From positions 38,599 to 102,598 of the forward strand of contig CAMTWJ010000002.1 in assembly GCA_947085495.1 (NCBI GenBank): 64,000 nt of DNA. Direction: 5' to 3'. The position numbers and the translations under genes are program-made. Below the pieces are notes generated by a model. It had not been told where the DNA came from. It made no database searches and saw nothing but the letters and a program-made list of their open reading frames with translations. Of this stretch, positions 34,355 to 43,102 are shown piece by piece (position 1 is the stretch's first letter; every line of letters starts with the position of its first letter). The DNA is from an uncultured Candidatus Saccharibacteria bacterium (GTDB lineage Bacteria; Patescibacteriota; Saccharimonadia; Saccharimonadales; 2-12-FULL-41-12).

Positions 34355-35307
34355 AGCGGGAATTTGATTTTAAGCACGAAATGATTACGTTCTTCCGAAT
34401 TGTGAGGACTGGTGCTCACAACGTTTTTCGAAATACCTGGCTTAGTCTTGCAGCTGTAGCTGTCATGTTGGTTGCTTTGGTTATTATCTTGTCTACAGTT
34501 GTTCTGAATGTAACGGCCAATAACGCAATCAATGAACTATCAAAGAACCTAAAAGTTTCTATATACCTAAAAGATGGCGCAGATAAAAATAAAACCAAAG
34601 AACTCGAGAAGGCAATTCTAACCAATCCAGAAGTAGAGAGTATCGATTACGTATCAAAAGATACAGCCCAAGAACGTTTTACTAGCAGTTTTAAAAACGA
34701 CGAGCAGCTACTTGAAGGTTTGACTTTACTCGGCAGCGATACACTGCCCGCATCGTACGAAGTTAGCGTTAAGGACCTGAGCAAGCTCAGTGATATAGAG
34801 AAGATTGCTAACCACGATGAATATAAAGACGTGGTAGACAGCATTACGTTGGGGCGAACAGATGCTCGCAAAACTATAGAGCGTGCAGCCTCTGCTCAAA
34901 AATTTATCACTACTGCAAGTATCTTTGCGGCTAGTATATTCACGATCATCTCAATCTTGATTATCTTTAATACCATTCGAATTGCAATCTTTACCCGAAG
35001 TGAAGAAATTAGAAATATGAAGTTGATTGGCGCTACGCCAGGATACATCCGTGGTCCATTTTTGGTAGAAACAACGATATATGGAGTAGTGGCCGGTATT
35101 GTTTCAGCAACTGCCGTCTACTCAATTATCTTGTCTGTCGGCTCAAAGATTGCCAACCAAGAAGAATTTGCCGATGCATATAATTTCTTTACTAGCCCAT
35201 CTGTTGCAGCGGCAGTTTATATAGGCACCATCCTGGTAGGGGTGTTGGTAGGAATCTTCTCTAGTGCGCTTGCGATGGAGAAATACCTAAAGCTTAAGCG
35301 CTGGTAG
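34351..35307 (+). CDS. ftsX: cell division permease FtsX
   Basis: Overlaps the ftsE stop. One TM segment, a large extracytoplasmic domain, then three C-terminal TM segments (FtsX topology). Confidence 0.88.
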   Translation: MKREFDFKHEMITFFRIVRTGAHNVFRNTWLSLAAVAVMLVALVIILSTVVLNVTANNAINELSKNLKVSIYLKDGADKNKTKELEKAILTNPEVESIDYVSKDTAQERFTSSFKNDEQLLEGLTLLGSDTLPASYEVSVKDLSKLSDIEKIANHDEYKDVVDSITLGRTDARKTIERAASAQKFITTASIFAASIFTIISILIIFNTIRIAIFTRSEEIRNMKLIGATPGYIRGPFLVETTIYGVVAGIVSATAVYSIILSVGSKIANQEEFADAYNFFTSPSVAAAVYIGTILVGVLVGIFSSALAMEKYLKLKRW

Positions 35308-35458
35308 CGTCTGTGTTACAATAGATCATTCATAAGCAGTTTGCTTGTGTTCCTAAACCTGAGTGCTCTTATATAACTTTAAGAGCCACATTTATTCGAA
35401 ACTAAAACATCTTTCAATCAGAATACTATTACTCTAATAACGTGCAGAAGGAGGGCTC

Positions 35459-35487
35459 TTGCATCGATTTATCCATAAGCGTATAAT
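35459..35487 (+). promoter_or_regulatory. promoter TTGCAT-17-TATAAT for the M23 hydrolase gene
   Basis: TTGCAT at 35459-35464 coincides with the ORF-track TTG start. TATAAT is at 35482-35487. The predicted +1 is about 35494. Confidence 0.6.
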
Positions 35488-35518
35488 AAAAGACGGTAAA
35501 TACACCAAAATAAACACA

Positions 35519-36676
35519 ATGAAAAAGATAAAAGTTAGCTGGCGCATAAAGTCTATAACAGTCCCTTCTATGATAGTGGTTTTTGTTTTGTCTTTCATAG
35601 GCACGCCATTTCTTCTAGGTCATGGCGCTGCAGAATCAGTACAAGAACTACGTAATAAGTCGGCTCAGCTACAAAAAGAGATCGACGCAAACAAGAAGCA
35701 AGCAGAAGAGCTGGCTCACCAAGGAGATACACTTAAGTCTGCTATCGCAGGCCTTGATGCACAGATCTTTCAGCAAACAACTCAGATAGAGTTGACCACC
35801 ACAAAAATTAAGCAGCTACAGATAGAGCTTGATACTGCCCAGAAAGAGCTTGACCGACAAAAGGGTTTACTTAAGGCAAACATGAGAGCCCTATATAAAA
35901 GAGGTGACGCTTCTTCCGTGGAGTTAATTGTAGGTAGCGACAGCTTCTCTCAATACATAGACGAACAAGAGTATTTAGAGCGCTTAAAGATGGGAATTCA
36001 GGAATCTACCGAAAAAGTCATTGCCCTTAAGCAACAAATTACTAAGCAACAAGAAGAGCAGAAGCAACAGTTAAATATTCTTGAAACATCAAAGAAAGTT
36101 TTGGACGATACACGAGCAGGAAGAGCTCAACTATTGGCACAAACTCAGGGACAAGAAGCAGCGTATCGTGGGAAGGTTGAGGAACTAAAAAAACAGCAGG
36201 CTGCAGCAGAAGCAGCGCTCGCTCGCTCTCTTAACAGTGGTAGTTATCGTGTAGCTTCTGTCGGTCCTGTTTCCGCAGGAGACGTAGTAGGAGCTATTGG
36301 CAATACTGGTTTATCATCTGGGCCACACTTGCACCTTGAAGTTAGAAATGGATCAGGAGTTACGAACCCGACCCCATACATTGTGTCTCAACCTGTTAAT
36401 ATGCCACCAGCTTGGATTAGCCAAGGCTATGGCAACCCAGACCCAATCTATGCCCGAGGATATCACCCAGGAATCGACTATGCAGGCGCAGCAGGCGCAC
36501 CGATCTTTGCTATAAATGGCGGACATATGTACCGAGGTTGTTCAAACCAAATGCTCGGTACTTCACGTAACGACTACGGATATGTTGCAATAGTAGAGCA
36601 CAGTAATGGCACCAAGAGTGTATATGCACACATGAGTGGTGGCCCTGCAGCCTGTAACTACAACACGTACTATTAG
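35519..36676 (+). CDS. coiled-coil M23/LytM-family peptidoglycan hydrolase (EnvC/CwlO-like partner of FtsEX) with permuted catalytic motifs
   Basis: Signal/TM segment and a long Gln/Glu/Lys coiled coil. Then GNTGLSSGPHLHLEVR (HxH) precedes GYHPGIDYAG (HxxxD) and SVYAHMSG. Start set at ATG 35519, downstream of the promoter. Confidence 0.85.
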   Translation: MKKIKVSWRIKSITVPSMIVVFVLSFIGTPFLLGHGAAESVQELRNKSAQLQKEIDANKKQAEELAHQGDTLKSAIAGLDAQIFQQTTQIELTTTKIKQLQIELDTAQKELDRQKGLLKANMRALYKRGDASSVELIVGSDSFSQYIDEQEYLERLKMGIQESTEKVIALKQQITKQQEEQKQQLNILETSKKVLDDTRAGRAQLLAQTQGQEAAYRGKVEELKKQQAAAEAALARSLNSGSYRVASVGPVSAGDVVGAIGNTGLSSGPHLHLEVRNGSGVTNPTPYIVSQPVNMPPAWISQGYGNPDPIYARGYHPGIDYAGAAGAPIFAINGGHMYRGCSNQMLGTSRNDYGYVAIVEHSNGTKSVYAHMSGGPAACNYNTYY

Positions 36677-36757
36677 ACGGAAAAATGTTCGCTAACCTCT
36701 AGGGTTTTGGTGTAGAATAAGTCTAACCAAGAGTCTAAAACTAAGAGGGGAATCTAT

Positions 36758-37984
36758 TTGCGTAAACCTAGTTTGCCTAAGGCGTTACAAACTAAAAAAG
36801 CTAAAACTATTCTAAAAACCGGGTTCAATGTAGCAGTCTTGTTGATCGTATTTGGCGTAGGGATTGGCGTAGGGCAAGGCAAAATTGTTTTTGGGCCCGA
36901 TGCTGTCTATAGGCGTTCTGTGAGCAATAGCCCAGAAAAGATTGACACAGCAGGCGTACAAGAAGTTTATAAGATGCTCCGCCAAAGTTTTGATGGTAAT
37001 TTAGATACGAATCAGCTCGAAGACGGCATGAAAGAGGGGCTTGTTAAGGCCGCTGGCGACCCGTACACCGAATTCTTGAATGCCAACGACAGTAAGCAAT
37101 TCAACGAGCAGCTAAGTGGCTCATTTGAAGGCATCGGGGCAGAGCTTAGTAAAGACGGCAACAATATTGTCATTGTGTCGCCAATCGCTGGTTATCCGGC
37201 TGAAAAAGCCGGCTTGAAGCCAAAAGACATACTTGTTCAGATCAACGGCGAAGATGCGACTGATCTTACCGTAACAGAGGCAGTTAATAAGATTAGAGGA
37301 CCAAAAGGCACAACCGTGAAGCTCAAAGTAGCTCGTGATGGCCAGCCACTCGACTTTACAATTACTCGAGAAACCATAACGCTACCGAGCGTCGAGTACA
37401 AAATGGAAGCAGGTGGTGTCGGCGTGATCACTATATCTCGTTTTGGCGAGGATACCGTAGAGCTAGCCACCAAAGCAGCCACAGATCTTAAGGCGCAAGG
37501 CGCAAAGAGTATTGTGCTTGATCTACGGGGCAACCCAGGCGGCCTGCTAGAGTCGGCAGTGGATGTATCGAGCTTGTGGCTCGATAAAGGGGCAACCGTA
37601 CTGCAGGAAAAGCGGGACAACACAGTAATCAGGACATACTATGCCGATGGCAATAACATACTCAAAGGAGTGCCAACCGTAGTCTTGATTGACGATGGAA
37701 GTGCCAGTGCTAGCGAGATCACCGCAGGTGCATTAAAAGACAACAAAGCAGCCACACTGATGGGCGTAAAGAGCTATGGCAAGGGAAGCGTGCAGGAAAT
37801 CCGTAAGCTAATGGGCGGCGGCACGCTAAAAGTTACTGTAGCTCGCTGGTTCACGCCTGGTGGACGAAACATCGACAAACAGGGTATCGAGCCAGATACA
37901 AAAGTTGAGATTACCGACGAAAACATCAAAGCTAAGCAAGATACACAAAAAGACGCAGCCTTAAACAAACTCCGAACTCCTTAA
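36758..37984 (+). CDS. ctpA: S41 carboxy-terminal processing peptidase with PDZ domain
   Basis: TTG start with an AGAGGGG SD. FEGIGAEL, PDZ segment GYPAEKAGLKPKDILVQING, VLDLRGNPGGLL and SASASEI. Confidence 0.9.
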   Translation: MRKPSLPKALQTKKAKTILKTGFNVAVLLIVFGVGIGVGQGKIVFGPDAVYRRSVSNSPEKIDTAGVQEVYKMLRQSFDGNLDTNQLEDGMKEGLVKAAGDPYTEFLNANDSKQFNEQLSGSFEGIGAELSKDGNNIVIVSPIAGYPAEKAGLKPKDILVQINGEDATDLTVTEAVNKIRGPKGTTVKLKVARDGQPLDFTITRETITLPSVEYKMEAGGVGVITISRFGEDTVELATKAATDLKAQGAKSIVLDLRGNPGGLLESAVDVSSLWLDKGATVLQEKRDNTVIRTYYADGNNILKGVPTVVLIDDGSASASEITAGALKDNKAATLMGVKSYGKGSVQEIRKLMGGGTLKVTVARWFTPGGRNIDKQGIEPDTKVEITDENIKAKQDTQKDAALNKLRTP

Positions 37985-38046
37985 AAAACTTGCTCGAGCG
38001 AAGGTAGTACGGTAGTATTTAAGTAAAGATAGCGAGGCGAGGTATT

Positions 38047-39633
38047 TTGGCTAATCAAACAAAATTTATTTTTGTTACCGGAGGTGTATTATCCGGACTT
38101 GGGAAGGGCATAACAGCCGCTTCCATTGCCCGCACCCTTCAAGCTCGTGGCCTCAGAGTAAACTTACAGAAACTTGATCCGTACCTAAACGTTGATGCTG
38201 GCACACTTAACCCAGCAGAACACGGTGAATGTTTTGTAACCGCCGATGGTGCAGAGACTGACTTAGATCTTGGTCACTACGAACGTTTTCTTGATATTGA
38301 GCTAACGCAATCGAGTAGTGTTATGAGCGGTCGTTTACTGCTTGGTCTTATCCAAGACGAACGAGCAGGCAAATTCTTGGGCCAGACCGTCCAAGTTCTG
38401 CCTCATTTCACCGGTGCGATCAAGGAGCAAGTTCTAAAGGCTGGCGAAGGTTTTGATGTACACATTGTAGAAATTGGCGGAACTGTTGGCGATTATGAAA
38501 GCCCGGCATTTATAGAAGCTATAAGGGAGCTCGGACTTACTCTTGGCAAGAAGAATTGCGTGTATGTGCACGTGGTTTACTTACCGTATTTGGGAGCAAG
38601 CCAAGAAATTAAGACCAAACCTGCACAGAATGCACTGAAAGACTTACGGGCAGTTGGTATTGTCCCAGATGTACTAGTAGCTCGCAGTGAGGTAGAGCCT
38701 CCTACAGAGGTCCGTGGCAAGTTAAGCCTCCATGGTGGTGTCGACAGAGACGCTGTCGTATTGCTACCAAATGCCAAGACAATCTATCAGGTGCCGTTAA
38801 CTCTAGAAGAGCAGGGCATCGGCAAACTTATTGCAGAACGACTTGGTTTTGGCGGAAATGGGGTTGACCTCAAAGACTGGAAGTCTATGGTTGATCGAGC
38901 ACTTGCTTCTCCAGAAAAAACTTACAAAGTCGGCGTTGTTGCCAAATATCTAGACAACCAAGATACCTATATATCTGTTTTCGAGGCAGTACGAGCAGCT
39001 GCTTGGGCTGAAGGCGTATCACTTGACCTTGCGTGGGTAAACGCCGAGAAGTTAACTGACACAAAAGAGCTAGAGCAGTACGATGGCCTACTAGTTCCTG
39101 GTGGCTTTGGTGAGCGTGGTGTCGAAGGCAAGATAACGGCTGCAGAGTTTGCTCTGGATACTAAAAAACCGTATCTTGGACTTTGCTTAGGACTTCAGGT
39201 GGCAGTTATTGCAGCGGCTCGTCGTGCGGGGCTAAAAGATGCCAATTCTACCGAGTTTTCAGACAGCACAAAAAATCCAGTTATTGCCACAATGAACGGC
39301 CAAAAGGGCAAAGAAAACACTGGTGGTACCATGCGACTTGGCAACTACCCATGTGTGCTCGAAAAAGGCAGTAAATCAGCCGACCTGTACGGAGGCCTGG
39401 AGATAGATGAACGCCATCGACATCGTTATGAATGCAACAATGATTACCGAGATCAATACGGATCTTGGGGCATCGAAGCAGTTGGCCTAAGCCCAGATGA
39501 AAAATTAGTTGAAGTTATTGAGGGCACAGACCATCCATTCTTCGTGGCTAGCCAATTTCATCCAGAGTTTAATTCTCGTCCAACCCGGCCTCATCCACTG
39601 TTTGTTGGCTTTGTCCGTAGCTTGAAAAAATAG
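38047..39633 (+). CDS. pyrG: CTP synthase
   Basis: TTG start. KFIFVTGGVLSGLGKGI, a glutamine amidotransferase domain (GLCLGLQ), and HRHRYE. Confidence 0.96.
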   Translation: MANQTKFIFVTGGVLSGLGKGITAASIARTLQARGLRVNLQKLDPYLNVDAGTLNPAEHGECFVTADGAETDLDLGHYERFLDIELTQSSSVMSGRLLLGLIQDERAGKFLGQTVQVLPHFTGAIKEQVLKAGEGFDVHIVEIGGTVGDYESPAFIEAIRELGLTLGKKNCVYVHVVYLPYLGASQEIKTKPAQNALKDLRAVGIVPDVLVARSEVEPPTEVRGKLSLHGGVDRDAVVLLPNAKTIYQVPLTLEEQGIGKLIAERLGFGGNGVDLKDWKSMVDRALASPEKTYKVGVVAKYLDNQDTYISVFEAVRAAAWAEGVSLDLAWVNAEKLTDTKELEQYDGLLVPGGFGERGVEGKITAAEFALDTKKPYLGLCLGLQVAVIAAARRAGLKDANSTEFSDSTKNPVIATMNGQKGKENTGGTMRLGNYPCVLEKGSKSADLYGGLEIDERHRHRYECNNDYRDQYGSWGIEAVGLSPDEKLVEVIEGTDHPFFVASQFHPEFNSRPTRPHPLFVGFVRSLKK

Positions 39634-39657
39634 CAAAAAACTATTACCATAAACATA

Positions 39658-40035
39658 ATGAGTAAATCAAAAACAATCTTGATCGTCGAGGATGATGAGA
39701 ACCTAGGAAGTGTCTATGAGGCACGTCTGCAGGCCGAAGGCTTTACGACCAAACGGGTAGCTAACGGAGAAGAAGCGATAGCTGCGGCTACTCAGGCCCT
39801 ACCAGATTTGATATTGCTTGATGTTATGATGCCAAAAGTAAGCGGCTTCGACGTGTTGGATATTTTGCGCAGCACTCCAGAGACTGCCACAGTAAAAGTT
39901 ATTATGCTTACGGCACTCAGCCAAGACAGCGACAAAGAGCGAGCTCGTCAACTTGGAGTTGACGATTACTTAATCAAGTCCCAGGTTGTAATTGCAGAAG
40001 TCGTTGAAAAAATCAAACAACACTTAGCAGAATAA
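39658..40035 (+). CDS. single-domain response regulator (CheY-like receiver), canonical residues intact
   Basis: ILIVEDDENL, LILLDVMMPKVSG (phospho-Asp), VIMLTAL and DDYLIKS. No kinase gene is adjacent. Confidence 0.85.
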   Translation: MSKSKTILIVEDDENLGSVYEARLQAEGFTTKRVANGEEAIAAATQALPDLILLDVMMPKVSGFDVLDILRSTPETATVKVIMLTALSQDSDKERARQLGVDDYLIKSQVVIAEVVEKIKQHLAE

Positions 40036-40048
40036 CAGGGGTGATGGA

Positions 40049-40077
40049 TTGACAAATTAGCAAAAATTTGCTATTAT
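40049..40077 (+). promoter_or_regulatory. promoter TTGACA-17-TATTAT (TGc extended -10) with a palindromic operator-like site in the spacer
   Basis: TTGACA at 40049-40054 and TATTAT at 40072-40077. The inverted repeat TAGCAAA-aa-TTTGCTA spans 40058-40073. The predicted +1 is about 40084, 5 nt before ATG 40089. Confidence 0.6.
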
Positions 40078-40088
40078 AAAAATGAGAT

Positions 40089-40673
40089 ATGACTCAAACA
40101 AAAACTCTCACAAAACCAACATTAGAACTAGCAGAAGCACAAAGCCCCGATTATTATTTGTTGACTAGCGACACGCTCAGGGAGTTCTCTGATGTGATTA
40201 CATTAGCAACGAGAGATATTACAAAAGATCCAAAAAAGGCTGCTGAGAACGAACGAGAGGCTGTGCTTGCTATTGCCGAAGCCTCTGCAAGAGGTCTCAA
40301 TAGTGTATTAATCTCAGACTCAACATTGCTCCAGGACGAGGGTATTAGTCAAAACATCAAGAAAGCCTATGGTATTAAGTCCAATAAGGTTATTAGCCCA
40401 ATTGAGTTGGCTAAAGGTGTCGATACTACCTTGGGCATATTGCACGCAGAAAACGATATGAGCAACGAGCGCAAGATTAGCAAACACTTCGCAAAAGAAG
40501 CACCAAAGATCGAAGATATTGTAGAAGGATCACTAGCGGCACTTACCGAGATAGCCGAAGTTCGAGGCGGGTTAGAAGCAGCGCCATTCTTGAAGGATGA
40601 AATCGAAAAAGCCCAACAAGCTTTTGATGTTCTAGAGATTACAAGCGAGCCCCAAGAACTTGTCGCTGCCTAA
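40089..40673 (+). CDS. hypothetical protein (ORFan)
   Basis: 194 aa. No motif recognised. Confidence 0.55.
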   Translation: MTQTKTLTKPTLELAEAQSPDYYLLTSDTLREFSDVITLATRDITKDPKKAAENEREAVLAIAEASARGLNSVLISDSTLLQDEGISQNIKKAYGIKSNKVISPIELAKGVDTTLGILHAENDMSNERKISKHFAKEAPKIEDIVEGSLAALTEIAEVRGGLEAAPFLKDEIEKAQQAFDVLEITSEPQELVAA

Positions 40674-40696
40674 ATAAAAAGAAAGTATTATTTTTT

Positions 40697-41995
40697 ATGT
40701 CTACTCAATCGCCTGAGTATACCAATACAGCCCATCAAGTTCCTGTGATCGAGCAGGTTCAAAGGTTGCGCCATCAAGAGAATCTAGCAAAAAACACTTC
40801 TGGGGCAGTAGCATTATCGAAGACCAGCCTTGATATCAGCTCCGGTGAAGCAGCTATGAAGTATGTTGGCTATTCAGAGGTTGATATATCCAAAAGCGAT
40901 TACCAACGTGACTACGAGCAGCTAGTAGAGGCTGGGGTCGCAATTAAGATTGCAGAGCGTGGAAACGGTAGGGTCGTAAGCATAAAGGGTAACCCTAGTT
41001 TAAGTAAGTTCGATCGTGAAGAAAAAGCAGAGGAAATATTCGCTAATTCAATGGTGCACATAAAACTAGGGGAAGTCAGCCGGGAAGTTGAGGACAAGGT
41101 GCCTTTAGTAGCTGAAGGCAAAGAGCCTTACCTTGAAATTGTATTTGATAAGAATGATCCAGCAGACAAGACTGTTATGGATACGCTCGACAGCATCACG
41201 GTTGGCCTTATTTGCTATGAAGAAGACAGGGATAACCCAGATATACTACATGCAAAGATAAATCAGATAGACAGGTTTAGCGAAGGCAATATGTATATAG
41301 ATACCGATTCTGGGCGGCAATTTGTCGATGCAATAGAAAAAGCTGGCTTGGTTTTAAAGCCAGCTGTGATCAAAGAATTAGCATTTGAGAACGAGCACCG
41401 ATATGGCAATGGCTACGCTTGGTTAACCCGTGAGCTTGCAAAGAGTATTAATGCGCCAGATAGAGGTATCCCGATTTTTGAATCCAGTGGAGGCGTCGAG
41501 AATTTAGAAAGAACTGGCGATAGGGCAGCAGATGTAGCGATTGATGTTATTCAACAACTTGCAACTCGTGATAGCAATGTGTCAGACATACCAGTGACTA
41601 GATATAATGTGGCAATGAAGATGGGGGCATGCAAAGACGTAGAAGAGTATTACTCGCAAAGTATATTTATTAAGAGTGCTCATAGAAACGTTGATGAATC
41701 TGGTAAGAAGTTCTGGCATAAGAAGCATGGTATAGAGACATATATAAATCTGGAGCCGGTAATGTTTAATGGCATCGAATTACCCCAAGGCTTCTTGTTT
41801 AATAAGTCTCCTGATGACGATAATTTTTATGTACAGCGGGCAACAGGTTTTTGCTTTGAAGAGGCCGAGGCTAAGGAAGTATTTGGCCCTCATATGTATA
41901 ACCAGAGCGATGATAATCTGAGAAAAGTTTTTGATGCTTTCGAACGAGATATTTTTGCTGTTGAGCGTTCTAGACGAACAAACGGGTCGTTATAG
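40697..41995 (+). CDS. hypothetical protein (ORFan)
   Basis: 432 aa, acidic. No motif recognised. The 3' end overlaps the convergent LPXTG gene by 26 nt. Confidence 0.6.
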   Translation: MSTQSPEYTNTAHQVPVIEQVQRLRHQENLAKNTSGAVALSKTSLDISSGEAAMKYVGYSEVDISKSDYQRDYEQLVEAGVAIKIAERGNGRVVSIKGNPSLSKFDREEKAEEIFANSMVHIKLGEVSREVEDKVPLVAEGKEPYLEIVFDKNDPADKTVMDTLDSITVGLICYEEDRDNPDILHAKINQIDRFSEGNMYIDTDSGRQFVDAIEKAGLVLKPAVIKELAFENEHRYGNGYAWLTRELAKSINAPDRGIPIFESSGGVENLERTGDRAADVAIDVIQQLATRDSNVSDIPVTRYNVAMKMGACKDVEEYYSQSIFIKSAHRNVDESGKKFWHKKHGIETYINLEPVMFNGIELPQGFLFNKSPDDDNFYVQRATGFCFEEAEAKEVFGPHMYNQSDDNLRKVFDAFERDIFAVERSRRTNGSL

Positions 41996-42767
41996 CATAG
42001 TAGAGTACTGAGCTCAGGCTGCTAACACCGAAGAAAGTTGCAACAACTGCTCCCGTGCCTGCGCCGGTCTCTGGTAGTGTTGTGGTAGCTGGAGGGGTAT
42101 AGCTGTCAGATTGTTTAACTTGTGAGGTTGTTGTATCGGCGTTGGCCGGAGTAACTGTATTGTTTACCACAGTGCTTTGGCTTTGCTGTTGGCTTTGGGT
42201 TGGAGCAGGAGGGGTAGGAGCTGGTGGTGCTGGCTTTGTAGCGGCAGGGGGCGCCGGAGCTGGAGTGGGTTTTTGCTCGCAAGATTGGGTGCCGCCGTGT
42301 CTAGCAGCAAGCAAAATATGGTTAGGTGAAGTAGTATATGTAGTTTGGTTGAAATTTTGGAGCAAATCTCCTCGAGCAAGGTCTACCTGGTAGTAGCAGT
42401 TAGGTAGAGCGACAGATATAGAATGTCTTCCTGGGCCAAATAGGGCACGGCTGGAGGCGTATAGCTTCTGCGAAGTATAAGGTTTGCCATCTGTGCCGTT
42501 TGGCGCAGTGTAGGAGGCTAGTAATACGTGGGTTCCTGGGCAACCAGAGGGTACTGTAAATTTGCCGGTAGCGGTATTGCCAGAAATGCTAATAGATTCA
42601 GCCGAGGTTGTGCATTTACTAGAGAGATTGTTGGTTGGCGAAGCATTGGTAGGCTTGAGGACGAGCAGGCTGATTGAGGCGAAAACACCAAAAGTAAGTA
42701 AAACCCAAGTCGCTAAAAGTAAGCGCTTGGTGCTTTTGTATTGAAATAATTCTCTAAGTTCTCCCAT
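41970..42767 (-). CDS. LPXTG-anchored surface protein (sortase substrate)
   Basis: N-terminal signal/TM segment and a Pro/Ala/Thr linker (PTPAPAPPAATKPAPPAPTPPAPT). The C-terminal LPETG (42063-42077) is followed by a hydrophobic stretch and Arg. Confidence 0.8.
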   Translation of the reverse strand: MGELRELFQYKSTKRLLLATWVLLTFGVFASISLLVLKPTNASPTNNLSSKCTTSAESISISGNTATGKFTVPSGCPGTHVLLASYTAPNGTDGKPYTSQKLYASSRALFGPGRHSISVALPNCYYQVDLARGDLLQNFNQTTYTTSPNHILLAARHGGTQSCEQKPTPAPAPPAATKPAPPAPTPPAPTQSQQQSQSTVVNNTVTPANADTTTSQVKQSDSYTPPATTTLPETGAGTGAVVATFFGVSSLSSVLYYAITTRLFV

Positions 42768-42826
42768 TTGACCTATTTTCTCAGGAAAATGAAAGGGTGA
42801 CTATGAAATAAATTACAAAGAGGGGA

Positions 42827-43099
42827 TTACTCTACAGTAACTTCGGTGCGTTTAGTAGTTTTGCCAGTGAACTTACGGATTTTACGAGTTCGGTAAGTTA
42901 CTATGCCATCACGGTCTGCGTGAATGGTAAAGTTGCGGCTTAGCTTGGTGCCTTTGCCGGCTCGCTTGGTAAGACCAACCTGTCGAACAATAACCTGACC
43001 TACAGATACTTTTTCGCCACCAAATAGCTTTACGCCAAGTCGTTGACCTTGGCTGTCTCGGTTATTTTTACTGGAACCACCTGCTTTAACTTTACTCAT
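42827..43099 (-). CDS. rpmA: 50S ribosomal protein L27
   Basis: MSKVKAGGSSKNNRDSQGQRLGVKLFGGEKVSVGQVIVRQ. No N-terminal pro-peptide. Confidence 0.93.
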   Translation of the reverse strand: MSKVKAGGSSKNNRDSQGQRLGVKLFGGEKVSVGQVIVRQVGLTKRAGKGTKLSRNFTIHADRDGIVTYRTRKIRKFTGKTTKRTEVTVE

Positions 43100-43102
43100 T
43101 TT

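Noticed and set aside
35308-35518. A riboswitch (for example the c-di-AMP/ydaO type) upstream of the M23 cell-wall hydrolase.
   Set aside because: The best promoter (35459-35487) leaves only a ~25-nt leader. The upstream 150 bp show one weak hairpin and none of the conserved motifs I remember.
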